A DNA stretch of 64,000 nucleotides. Source: Octopus sinensis (taxonomy: Eukaryota). Under the pieces are notes generated by a model. The model worked only from the letters and a program-made list of their open reading frames with translations. It had not been told where the DNA came from and ran no database searches. The translations under genes and the position numbers were made by a program. Of this stretch, positions 25,630 through 38,602 are shown one piece after another (the first letter of the stretch is position 1; each line of letters begins with the position of its first letter). Where the stretch lies: positions 112,158,001 through 112,222,000 of the forward strand of contig NC_043002.1 in the NCBI RefSeq assembly GCF_006345805.1. The letters run 5' to 3'.

Positions 25630-26075
25630 AGCTATAATGCGTTCAATAAAAGCAACAACGCCACTGAAAGTGCGAGGAATATAAATACAGTTTATTGGGA
25701 TCGGACAATAAGTGTAAGCTAGTGTGAACGGTGGTTCAAGAAATTCCAAACCGGAAACTACAGCCTAGAAGACAAGTCTTGTCCTGGAAGATCTTGCAAA
25801 CCCTAGTGGAACAAAATCCCATCATAACTGTTGAGGAACTAGCAGAGAAGCTTGGATTTGGTCATTCAATCATTCATTGAAACCTGCTTGGCATCGGAAA
25901 AGTCAGATTAGGTCAATGGGTTCCTCATAAACTTTCCGAGTTTAATCGCGTGCAGAGAGTGAATGTGTGCTCTTTGCTGTCACGTCTCAGGGATGAAATC
26001 TTTTTGGATCGAATAGTTACTGGTGACGAGAAATGAGTTCTCTATAAAAATGTCAAGCGCCGGAGACAATGGGAT
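25630..26075 (+). pseudogene. mariner transposase N-terminal fragment
   Basis: RWFKKFQTGNYSLED, EQNPIITVEELAEKLG, WVPHKL, FLDRIVTGDEK motifs; stops present. Confidence 0.88.
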
Positions 26076-26076
26076 G

Positions 26077-26123
<47 letters not shown>

Positions 26124-26704
26124 AGCGAGAGAGCGAGAGAATAAGTAAGAAAGTATATAAATGAAATATATAATCAGATAGGAGGGATGTTGACAGAGAA
26201 TGCGTGCGCGCGTATGAATGCTCACGCATATATGTGCTATATTTAATAGAAATTGAAAATTCACTAAACTGTGTGTTTCAGCTTTTGGTTTAAGAGTTTT
26301 CGCAGTCTTCAGGAAAGTACCTCGCCAAGCTAGTCCCTGATTTTAATTACTTTTGTTCAAGGTGAAAAAAAAAAGGTACGGATTGAATGTTGCAAAGGGA
26401 GAGATAGATTAGAGAATAAAGAAGGTAAAGAAAAACTGAAAGGAGTAAAACAGAATTTAATGGAAAAATGACTAAATATAATTTAACGAATGAAGGACTA
26501 AGTAGCTGAATGAAGAATCAAAATGAATTTAGATAGGAAAGAGTATTGAATGAATGAAGAAACTGATTGATGCATCAATGAACGATTGAACGAGTTAAGT
26601 TAATTGTTTAATTAAGTATATAATGAAAGAAGCTTGAAGATGAATGAATAAATACATGTATTAATTAACAAATAAACTAATGAATGGACAAATTATTTGA
26701 TTAA

Positions 26705-27065
26705 TTTATTTCTAAAGGTTCAATCTGCTTACGTTTTCTGTTACTGATTCTTCTAGTCTCAGTCTCTTTCGGTACTGGCACATCGAACATGTCGTAAAAC
26801 ACTTCCATTGGAATTTCCTTTCTTTCTTCTGTATGTCTGATTCTTAATTGATTTAGGTGTTGTTTATGTTCCCATCGTTGGCTTTTTATTAAATACATCA
26901 GGGTTCTAATTCTTTTAGTCACTACAACATCCTGCTAATTCTCTTTACCGTTCTTGTATGCTTTGAAATGGACTTTGTACCCAACATCAAAATGTTTAGT
27001 TGAATGTTTTGTATTTTCTCCATACGTTTTTGCCTTTGCATTCAAGCAAGAAATACCTTGAGGTA
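26705..27065 (-). mobile_element. Ty3/Gypsy pol 3' fragment, inverted paralogue of about 32858-33192
   Basis: TKRIRTLMYLIKSQRWEHKQHLNQL versus TKRIRTLMYLIKNQRWKHKRHLNQL at 32973. Confidence 0.88.
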
Positions 27066-27496
27066 TGAATATGCAACAGAACTGCATGCTCACTGTAAAT
27101 TTGGTATCTTACTAAGAATGATAAAAAGGAACCGGAAAAATTACTGGGTTTGCCGCAACTGAGTAAAACGTCAGACAACAGCAATGGTGAATACGATCAA
27201 AGAGGAATAATACAAAAAAAGTTGTATATTCAAATGTGTCCATGAATGTATATATCTGTCTTCATAAATGTATATGCGTGTGTGCATTCAGGTTTACGTC
27301 GCCCTTATGCATTCGCACATATGTACACACATACACCCGTACGCGCGTGCGTGCACAAACACACATATGTTGCAACCGCGTAGTTTCTGATTCAGTCTCA
27401 GTGCTCAGTATCTTGGCCAAGTGTCTTCTATAATCCCGGGTCGATCAATGTCTTGTAAGTGAATTTGGTATTCCAAAACTGTGGGTGCTTGGTCAT

Positions 27497-27820
<324 letters not shown>

Positions 27821-28663
27821 TATACAAACATACACTTATATGTACACCTAAGTATGTGCATATGATTGTGTGCGTGTGTGTGTGTACGTGTGTATATATT
27901 TGTGTTTGCGTGTGTATGCGAATATCTTCATAATTCTTTCTTTTTTTGTAAAGGCCATAGATATAAACGACCTTCGACCCGTGCATTGCACTCTTGCAAG
28001 TATTGACATGACATATTGCGATATCATAACCGTCGCCAACCTCCACTTAAAACATTAAAGGTTTTTCCTGTGGCTGCTTGTGACAAACCTACCCGAAATA
28101 GAAGACTCATTTATCCATCTTTCCTCAGAACACCCGCACGCACACACACCAATCACGCAAACACATACACACACACTCAAACGCACACATGCACACAAAG
28201 GCATACACACACAAACAAATTCACACACACACTCAGATACGGACAGCCAACGTCACTTCATCTATATTTTTACCATGGGAAGAAGCAATACTGTACAAGC
28301 CGCTGACTCATCCGTCAGCTTTATACCCGTCTAAATCATACAGACTTATACACTGCTATATTGCGCTCACAAATATATATACATCTGTATCTATCTATCA
28401 ATCTGTTTATCTATCATCTACTCCCCTCCCCCTTTTATTTTATTTTATTTATTTTTTTATTTTATCTCCCCTTTTTTGTCCTCTTTCTTTCCATTTACGA
28501 TCCCTTTTGATCGAAAACCAAACCCCCTTCTTTTACCCCCAAAAGAAAAGCTCTACCTTTTAATTTTGTCCTGTCTGTGTGCAGCCCTGTGTGGCTAATA
28601 AAGAAACATATCTATCATCTATCTAGCTAGCTAGCTCGCTCTCTTGCTATCTATATCTATCTA

Positions 28664-28752
<89 letters not shown>

Positions 28753-29080
28753 GTCAGTGTATATTTGTGAATATAAAATACAATATATACACTATATATA
28801 TATATTTATATTTAATACCTGAAAGTACTCATCTGTCTTCTCTGTTTCAGTCAGATCTTTAATTCAATGCAAACTTGTTCACTAAGGACAGACAACATAA
28901 TGGTCTGCGTCAACCCGACATCCCTTGCAGTGTGCAGACGACAGCTGCATATGTATATCGATTATTACATACGCCATATATGCTCACGCATATAATACTC
29001 TTAGACACTTATAAATGTATGTGTGTATACATATATATATTTATGTGTTATATGTATCATCTGTGCATCTACATATTGAT

Positions 29081-29420
<340 letters not shown>

Positions 29421-29519
29421 GTTCTGTCGTCGGATAAAATTCATTTTAAGATTTGCAGACAGGTTAGGCACATGACTAAGAACTGTTGTATTACACATAA
29501 ACACACACACACTTATTTG

Positions 29520-29550
<31 letters not shown>

Positions 29551-30427
29551 CAAAATAAGAAAATGGAGAAACACATCTTAATCAATGATCAACTACCAGA
29601 TAATACCCAATCACATAATTTATTAAACCCTGGTAGTTGATCATTGATTAAGATGTGTTTCTCCATTTTCTTATTTTGTATTATGAATTTGTGGTAAAAC
29701 ATTTTACCTTTGCTCATATAATACAGTAAATGAATTAATTGCATCGCAATTCTTAACATTTATGTATTAACTTTGTTGGGTACTTCACTAGCAGTATATT
29801 GGATATATGTTATCCCATGGAGGGTTGCATTTACAACCCCTATCTCAATTTGTATATATATATATATATTTATGCATAAGATATATATGTGAGCGTGTGT
29901 GTGCATATGTATATTATGTGTGTGCATATGTTAAGAAAAACATCAAAAATTGCACGTGCGTGACAGGGGAAAAACTACGCTTCGTAGGCGAAATGTGGAG
30001 TGATATCACAGTTCGGCGAAAAATTTGTTGAGCAAAAGTTTTCGTGGCAAAAAACGCAACCAATCTGTTCGGTACGGACTGGGTTGAGTTGTCTAACTTA
30101 TAGGACCTCCCCATAAGTCTTTACTGTAAAAAAAATAAGTGGCTCTCCCACCAGTGAAAAAGTTCAGCAGCTGAATTGAAGGAAAAATTTAAAAGCTTGT
30201 TTCCTGAAGAGCTGTCGTATAAATTAGGTTTCGGTTCTAAATCTGAGGCCTGTTTTCAAATAAAAGAAAACGTCGTACCTGTATTCAAACCTAATAGAAA
30301 GGTATCATTTGCTGCGATAAAGCAGGGTTAGAATTAGATAGACTGGAGAAAATAGAAATTATTCAAAAAGTAGATTATTGGAAATGGGCAGCACCAACTA
30401 TGTGTATTAAAAAAAATCAAAGTGTGT

Positions 30428-30711
30428 GAGGTAGACGGAAACTGAAAGAAGCCCGTCGTATATATATATATATATGCATATGTGTGTGTGTGTGTGTGTG
30501 TGTATGTGTGTGTTTGTGTTTGTCCCCCTAGCATTGCTTGACAACCGATGCTGGTGTGTTTATGTCCCCGTCACTTAGCGGTTCGGCAAAAGAGACCGAT
30601 AGAATAAGTACTGGACTTACAAAGAATAAGTCCCGGGGTCGAGTTGCTCGACTAAAGGCGGTGCTCTAGCATGGCCGCAGTCAAATGACTGAAACAAGTA
30701 AAAGAATAAAG
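30428..30711 (+). mobile_element. 5'-truncated SINE family B inserted into the Gypsy RT
   Basis: TSD AGTGTGT at 30421-30427 and 30712-30718. Confidence 0.88.
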
Positions 30712-31657
30712 AGTGTGTACCGATTTTTCTACTGATTTGAACGACTGTTTAAATATGTGCCACTATCCACTGCCTACTCCAGAGGATATTTTTTCAAAAT
30801 TAAATGGTGGGAAAATATTTTCGAAACCGAATCTGTCTGATGCGTATCTGCAAATTAAAGTAGACGAGGAATGCTCGAAGCTTCTAACAGTGAATACGCA
30901 CAGAGGACTTTACAAATATCATAGATTGCCATTTGGTCTGAAGGTCGCACCTGCAGTATTTCAACATATTATGGATGCGATGTTAGCGGACTGTCAATTT
31001 ACAATTCCGTACCTCGATGGTGTATTAATTAAAAGTGAATCTTGTGATCAGCACATCGAACCTGTGAAGTGCGTTTTCAAAAAATAAGAAATTACGGTTT
31101 CACACTGAGTGAGGAGAAATGTAAATTCATTTTACCTAAAATTAAATATTTGAGATAAATTAGAGATAGAAATGGAAGACGACCTGACCTTTCGAGAGCA
31201 GACACAATTAAAAATATGCCTCCCCCAACTGACATAGCGACATTACAATCTGCTCTTGACTTAGCGAACTATTATCAATATTATATACCAAACATTTATG
31301 AATTGAGAGCTCCATTAATAATTTGCTAAAGAAAGACGCCAAATGGAATTAGTCATTTCGATCCTGCAGAGGAGATTGTTGCAGCTTCTGATGCTTCTGG
31401 CGCTTCTGAATACGTCGTGGGAGCAGTTTTGCTACACAAATATGAAGGTGGTGGTTCATTCCACACGTGCTCTGATTGCAGCGGAGAAAAGCTACAGTCA
31501 AATGCAGAAAGAAGCTCCAGCGATTATTTTTGACGTGAAGAAATTTCCCACGTTTTCGGCTTCAGACGGACCACCGGCCAGTACTATCAATTTTCGAATC
31601 GAAGAAAGGAATTCCTACCCATTCAGCTAACAGATTACAACTCTGGGGTACAATATT

Positions 31658-31890
31658 TGTTTCTTTATTGCCCACAAGGGGCTAAACATAGAGGGGACAA
31701 ACAAGAACAGACAAACGGATTAAGTCGATTACATCGACCCCAGTGCGTAACTGGTACTTAATTTATCGATTCTGAAAGGATGAAAGGCAAAGTCGACCTC
31801 GGCGGAATTTGAACTCAGAACGCAACGACAGACGCAATACCGCTAAGCATTTCGCCCGGTGTGCTAACGTTTCTGCCAGCTCGCCGCCTT
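31658..31890 (-). mobile_element. SINE family C inserted into the Gypsy RNase H region
   Basis: TSD GGTACAATATT at 31647-31657 and 31891-31901. Confidence 0.92.
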
Positions 31891-33248
31891 GGTACAATAT
31901 TGTTTAATTACAAATTTAAGATTGGTACATTCCTTCTAAGAAAATTGACCATGCGGATTGTTTATCTTGATTAATTCCGAAGAATGCAAAACCGCTGGAA
32001 GATATGGTGAAAGCCACATTTCAATCAGAAAAGGAAATTAAAAACAAGATATTAAAAGTAAATCAGCGGAAGGCACATACATCATAAAAATGAAGCAAAG
32101 CTTGAAAAATAACCAAAAGAGAAACACGAATGCGAACCATTTTTTTACTCTACGACGATGTATTAATGTACGCACAAAGAGTGGTAGTACCAACTGCACT
32201 ATAGAAACGAATATTACATGAAATTTATAGTGGACACCCGGGGATGACAAGAATGAAAGATTTGAGGAGGACTTACGTATACTGGCCGACAATAACCGGG
32301 ACATTGAAAATTTGATAAAATCATGTAGAGGTTGTGCGCTAGCAGCCAAGGCATCACCGGTGAAATAACAACCGTGGCATGAGACGGATAGTCCGTGGTT
32401 CAGGATGCATATAGACTGCGCTAGACCAGTGAATGGTGCCTACTATTTGCTCATTGTTGATAGCTTTACCAAGTGTCCGGGCGTATGTAGATGCATTCAA
32501 CCTGCCTCTAAAGTTTCCCGCACGAACTTTTTGCTCGATACGGTGTGCCAGACACCATAGTATCGGGCATTGGACACAATTTACAGGACACGAGTTCAAG
32601 AAATTTTGCAAAATGCATACAATCAAGCATATGCTTATTCCGTTCTACCACTCGAGGTCAAATGGGCAAGCAGAATGATTCGTAGATACTTTCAAACGAG
32701 AGCTAAAATAAGCAAGAAACGAGTTAGAAAATGGCAAAGCGCTAACTACATTCTTAAATGCACAGAATAACGCCCAATCCGAATACCAGTTCAGGCAAGT
32801 CGCTTGCAGAGCTAACGTTCGCTCGAGAGATTAAATCGATCTTCGACAAATCGTTGCCAAAGGAAAAAACGTATGAAGAAAACACAAACAATTCAACTAA
32901 ACATTTTGATGTCGGAGACAAAGTCCATTTAAAGTATACAAGAACAGTAAAGAGAGTTGGCAGGATGGTGTAGTGACTAAAAGAATTAGAACCCTGATGT
33001 ATTTAATAAAAAACCAGCGATGGAAACATAAACGACACCTAAATCAATTAAAAATCAGACATTCAGAAGAAAGGAAGGAAATTCCAATGGAAGTGCTTTA
33101 CGACATGTTCGATGTGCCAGCATCGAAAGAGACTGAGCCTAGAAGAAGCAGTAACAGAAAACGTAAGCAGATTGAACCTTTAGAAATAATTCCTAAGCGG
33201 AAAAGCTACTGAACTTCATAAGGAAGCAACATTTCAAAAAAGGAGAGG

Positions 33249-33564
33249 TGTTGGAAAGAAAGAGAAAAAATAAGATAAATTTCGTTTCCTACGGAAGTCG
33301 AAAGCTCAAAGGTGAGTTGTTGAAGCGAGAGTCACGATAGCCCCTACTTGATCAAACGACTATAAATAGTGTGAGAGACAGGACAAAATAGGCGTTAATC
33401 GCAGGAAGTTGTAAGGTGTCGCTTTGGTAGTTTGACGGAATATCGTTTGTTGGTTCGTAGAGAGTTTGTACATTGTTATGTTGTAACCTTGCTTCGTAAT
33501 GTTTTATTGTTACTATACGGTCATGGTGTAAATAAGTATCGTCATGACAATTAGCGATACAACA
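33249..33564 (+). repeat. 3' LTR, 316 bp
   Basis: preceded by PPT AAAAAGGAGAGG; TGTTG...CAACA termini; TATA-like CTATAAATA near 33360. Confidence 0.8.
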
Positions 33565-33778
33565 CATACATACATACATGCACACACACGAAACAAATGA
33601 AACGTTACCTTCATCTGTTTCCTGCTGGAGGTTCCTGCATTTTAGACATTTTTTGGAATATGAAAACTGCTGTGCCATCATATGAAAGCAATAGTAAGGT
33701 GAAATAATGTAGAGACGGTGCGTAAATGTATATAATCCATTATATCTGTTTATCATATAGACAAGCACACACACACAC

Positions 33779-33817
<39 letters not shown>

Positions 33818-34168
33818 TAGGTCGATAGATAGATAGATTGAGAGAGAGAGAGCGATATGCATGTATGAATGCATACATACATCCATACATGCATATATAC
33901 GTATATGTATACGCACACACATATGAATGCTCCTTATATGCATATATCTTATACGTAAACGTGAATATAAATGCATATATATGAATATAGTACACGAGCA
34001 TATACACTCACATATGGTGTATGTGATATATATATATAATATATATATATATATATACATATATGTATGTATGCATATATGTATGTATGCATATATGTAT
34101 GTATTTATGTTTGTATGTATATTATATATATAATATATATATTGTAATATATATATATATATATATAT

Positions 34169-34217
<49 letters not shown>

Positions 34218-34600
34218 AACTTACATCGGTTTCGGCCATTATCGGCCCAGGCCATGGCTAGCTCAATAGCACCACTTGGAAAAGTCTTTTATTTAATTAT
34301 TTCAGGATACCATGGACCACTCAAGCAGAGAGTTGGTGGTGGTTGAGACATATCCAGGTTTATCCGTTATTCCCTGGAAGAATTTGTTTAGGTACTGTTT
34401 GAAAGTTGTGGGGCTTTTTCTATTTTAATTTCTTTTGGAATAACATTGAAAGTTGCAGGACCATTTGCAGTGAAGAAATTGTGTCGCAATGTTCTTATGT
34501 GATGTGATGGTGACCTTTGTAGGGGACGCATTGCACGGGGCCTAGTCTTGGGTGAATTGTAAACATAATTCCAATATCATTTTGGTTAACAAATTGTTTG
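34218..34600 (-). mobile_element. CR1-group LINE 3' end
   Basis: HPRLGPRAMRP..HNFFTANGPATFNVIPKEIK..YVSTTTNSLLEW; 3' UTR GGTGCT..CATGGCC..stem-loop..GAAAC. Confidence 0.75.
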
Positions 34601-34769
34601 TTAACCCAAGGAGTATGACTTATATTTTTGACTGCTACAATTATCTTTTCTTTGTTTTGCAATTCTTAGAAAGATTTCTTTATTATATAATGTATTAATT
34701 CTTCTCACAGCAGACGTTGTGGTGTAGTTGGTTATTACATATATTGTTTTTGTTGCACGATTTATAAGG

Positions 34770-35135
34770 ATTATGGTTCCACTTCTTTTCGTCATTTTTG
34801 GTGCAGCTTCATGACCCCATCTTTCCGAGTCGTAAACTGGTGTAATTGGCTTTTTCAGTTTTCCACAGAATTAAAGTTCTTCCCATTGAGAGAATTTGTA
34901 AGAGATGAAAAATGATAATCCGATTATGCAAGATCAGGTGATTACGATGGTTTTAGTAGGACATCCCAGCTAAACTGTGCTAATTTCTGTTGGGTGTGCA
35001 AAGAAAAACGAGGGCTAGCGTTTTCCTGAAGAAGACGACTCCTCTCAACAGGCCAATTCCGGACATTCTTCATCGATTGCCTCCTTTAATCGATCTCATT
35101 GGAAATAATAATTGTCTAAGTTCAACATCTGATTT
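34770..35135 (-). pseudogene. mariner transposase C-terminal fragment
   Basis: QKLAQFSWDVLLKPS*SPDLA*SDYHF and SLNGKNFNS, GVMKL motifs. Confidence 0.8.
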
Positions 35136-35312
35136 TAAGAAAGGAACTCGTAACAAAAAGCCATTCTAATTTCACCAGATGCAGAGCATCCCCTTCTTCG
35201 AATATCAAGTGGATTTTAGAGCGAGTAAAGTTGTGTCATTTCCTTTTCTCCAGAACCGTTTTGCTCCACATTGTCGTTTCCCCACACGCGATCGTTATTT
35301 TCTAAAACGAAT

Positions 35313-35490
35313 AGGCGCAGGAGTGGCTGTGTGGTAAGTAGCTTGCTAACCAACCACATGGTTCCGAGTTCAGTCCCATTGCCTGACACCTTGGGCAAGT
35401 GTCTTCTACTATAGCCTCGGGCCGACCAAAGCCTTGTGAGTAGATTTGGTAGACGGAAACTGAAAGAAGTCCGTCGTATATACGTATATG

Positions 35491-35549
<59 letters not shown>

Positions 35550-35757
35550 TGTGTGTTTGTGTGTCTGTGTTTGTCCTCCTAGCATTGCTTGACAACCGAT
35601 GCTGGTGTGTTTATGTCCCCGTCACTTAGCGGTTCGGCAAAAGACCGACCGATAAAATAAGTACTGGGCTTACAAAGAATAAGTACCGGGGTCGAGTTGC
35701 TCGACTAAAGGCGGTGCTCCAGCATGGCCGCAGTCAACTGACTGAAACAAGTAAAGA
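35313..35757 (+). mobile_element. SINE family B, full length
   Basis: consensus match. Confidence 0.92.
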
Positions 35758-36133
35758 GAGAAAGAGAGAAAGATTATATTGCATTTCAGCTGAGAATTGC
35801 AGAAGGAAGTTCTGTCTATTAAATTTTTTCGTTAAATCACGAGACATCATAACGTATTGCGAAATCCAAGTGTTTTTAAAAGACTCCTAACGCTTATATG
35901 TAATATGTGGAATATCTCTGTGATGTCTCGCATCGTGTGACCTGGATTATTTTTAATCAGCGTTTTCATTTGGTCATCATCAACGACTGTGGATCTGCCG
36001 AAATGCTCACTATCTCCTAAATGGCACTTTTCACTCCTAAACCGAACAGAGGATTTACGAACAGTCCTCTCAACTATGACTCCGTCTCTTTAAAATGCAC
36101 ATGTCTTTTATGTTCTTTGTACAGCGTTATGGT

Positions 36134-36516
36134 GGAGGCGCAATGGCCCAGTGGTTAGGGCAGCGGACTCGCGGTCATAGGATCGCGGTTTCGATTCCCA
36201 GACCGGGCGTTGTGAGTGTTTATTGAGCGAAAACAACTAAAGCTCCACGAGGCTCCGGCATGGGGGCGGGGTGATCCCTGCTGTACTCTTTCACCACAAC
36301 TTTCTTTCACTCTTACTTCCTGTTTCTGTTGTACCTGTATTTCAAAGGGCCGGCCTTGTCACTCTCTGTGTCACGCTGAATATCCCCGAGAACTACGTTA
36401 AGGGTACACGCGTCTGTGGAGTGCTCAGCCACTTACACGTTAATTTCACGTGCAGGCTGTTCCGTTGATTCGGATCAACCGGAACCCTCATCGTCGTAAC
36501 CGACGGAGTGCTTCCA
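36134..36516 (+). mobile_element. SINE family A, full length
   Basis: TSD ACAGCGTTATG at 36121-36131 and 36520-36530. Confidence 0.93.
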
Positions 36517-36787
36517 TCCACAGCGTTATGAAAGAGCATCATGGGACAAAAATGTATCATTAGGGTAATTCTAAAATTAGAATATGTATAGACCACTCAG
36601 CGGGATTCTACGCAGTTTCCATACACTTCATTTCACGCAGAAATCTTGAGTCGATGCCACAATGTAGTAAAAGATATCACCATAAGATCTCCCACATGTA
36701 GTATCGAATCCAGTTTTCCTGTTTTTGCCAAACGAATTCTTTAAGATATTGACCGTACTTGCGTCTATTCTTGCTTACATGCATGCA

Positions 36788-36861
<74 letters not shown>

Positions 36862-36899
36862 GTGTGTCTGTATGTATATATGTATATGCAAAGAATGGA

Positions 36900-37025
36900 G
36901 GAACTCCTGAGAGTCAACGGTCATAATGCTCGGCCACATATAGCGAAGTTCATATTCCAAGGGTTGGAGCAGTTTGAAAGGGAAACGATGCCCCACCCAC
37001 CAAATTCGCCGGACACAGCTCCTAC
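36900..37025 (+). pseudogene. mariner transposase small fragment
   Basis: HNARPHIAK..MPHPPNSPDTAPT resembles HDNARPH..HPPYSPDLAPS. Confidence 0.75.
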
Positions 37026-37399
37026 TTCTCTTCACTCCTACTTCTCTTCACTGCTACTTCTCTTCGCCTCTACTCTCTTTCCCTCTTCTCTCTTACTCTC
37101 TTTCTCTCTTCTCTCTTACTCTCTTACTCTCTTTCTCCTCTCTTATTCTCTTTCTCTCTTCTCTCCTACTCTTTCACCCTCTCTTTCTCTCTTCTCTCTT
37201 ACTCTCTCTCTCTCTCTCTCTCTCTTTTATTAAATAAAACTAGAAATGAAACTATTTACCACAATTAATAAAGGAAGAATACTTATCTTTCTTTAACCTG
37301 TGCAAATGGCTGCACCTTCTGTCCTGCGCTAAGTATTATGGAAATAAAAAACTACTCTAAAAAAATTCTTTAAGACTAATATTATTTGAGAGGTTGAAT

Positions 37400-38240
37400 T
37401 CAAGGGGAGATAATAAGATACTCTTATCATTAGGTATAATTGGATTTTTTCTAGCATTAAAGATTTATTTTATTTAATATGTGTAATCGTTTTTAAGGTA
37501 ATATTCTTTACATTTATTCTTGGTTTTAGGTATATCCGTATCTAATACTATTATATTGTTCTATTAAAACATTTAACTGTTTAAGATTACATACTTTTCA
37601 TATATTTTTCATTTTATTATACGTAAAGCTATTTTTGTGTCAGCATTTTATCCTCCCCCTGTTCAGTAATTCTTCTTTCTACTGGAGTATTTACATAAAC
37701 TCAGTAACAAGAACATTTTATTACCTATTCTATATGACTTCACTCTACTAATGATATTCCAATTCAGGATGTATTCTATATTTTCAGATTTCAATTCCCA
37801 TATATATTTACTTAGACCTATCGAATTACCTAATTTGGGATTTTTAAAGGATTGACAATGCTGGGAAATTCTTCTTTTAATTTCATTCGCTGTGGATCCT
37901 ATATATTTCTTTTCTTATTATTATTAGAGGTTACTGTACATTTATAAATTACATTATGTAGGTTGCAATTATTTTTAAGCTTACAGTTTGATTTATCTTT
38001 ACAAGTGCATGTATTTAGTATAAGGCTATGTTTTTTTGCTTGTTATATTTCTTCCGTAGCTATTATTAATATTAGTTAAATTGTTATTATAGAATTTATT
38101 TAACTTGTCGTTGTTTATAGAGGATATAATATTACTGACGTTTCTTGTTGTCGAATATCCCACTCTGATAGTTTTTTTGTTTTTTTTTGAGAATATTTTC
38201 GAATACTCTTTATTCCTTTTAATTATCTTCAGAATTTCCT
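37400..38240 (-). pseudogene. Penelope-like element GIY-YIG endonuclease remnant with CxC..C..C linker (different clade from 51376)
   Basis: minus frames: CTCKDKSNCKLKNNCNLHNVIYKCTVTS / KYIGSTANEIKRRISQH..SF..LSKYIWELK..WNII; frameshifts. Confidence 0.8.
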
Positions 38241-38325
38241 TAATTTAGTTAGTTATGATTATTTGGACCCCATAAGGGATTATTATTATTAGAAAATATA
38301 AAGAAAAATCTTTGTTGTATGTATG

Positions 38326-38437
<112 letters not shown>

Positions 38438-38510
38438 GTGAATGGAAGAAATGGAGTTGAACGAAGATTGAACAGAATTCCTTTTAACAAGAAAATTCAT
38501 CTTTCCATTT

Positions 38511-38597
<87 letters not shown>

Positions 38598-38602
38598 CTA
38601 TA

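Larger units (their letters stand above)
29940..33564 (+). mobile_element. Decayed Ty3/Gypsy (K02A2.6/Mag-like) LTR retrotransposon: protease end, RT, RNase H, integrase, PPT, 3' LTR; no 5' LTR or gag seen
   Basis: LFGTDWVE (protease end); YPLPTPEDIFSKLNGGKIFSK..RGLYKYHRLPFGLKVAPAVFQ..YLDG (RT); AAEKSYSQMQKEA (RNase H); PYHSRSNGQAE (integrase); many stops and frameshifts. Confidence 0.92.

Noticed and set aside
34222-34250. GGCC-loop-GGCC-GAAAC-CGAT-GTA resembling the 3' half of a hammerhead
   Set aside because: No CUGANGA core; better explained as the LINE 3' UTR stem-loop.
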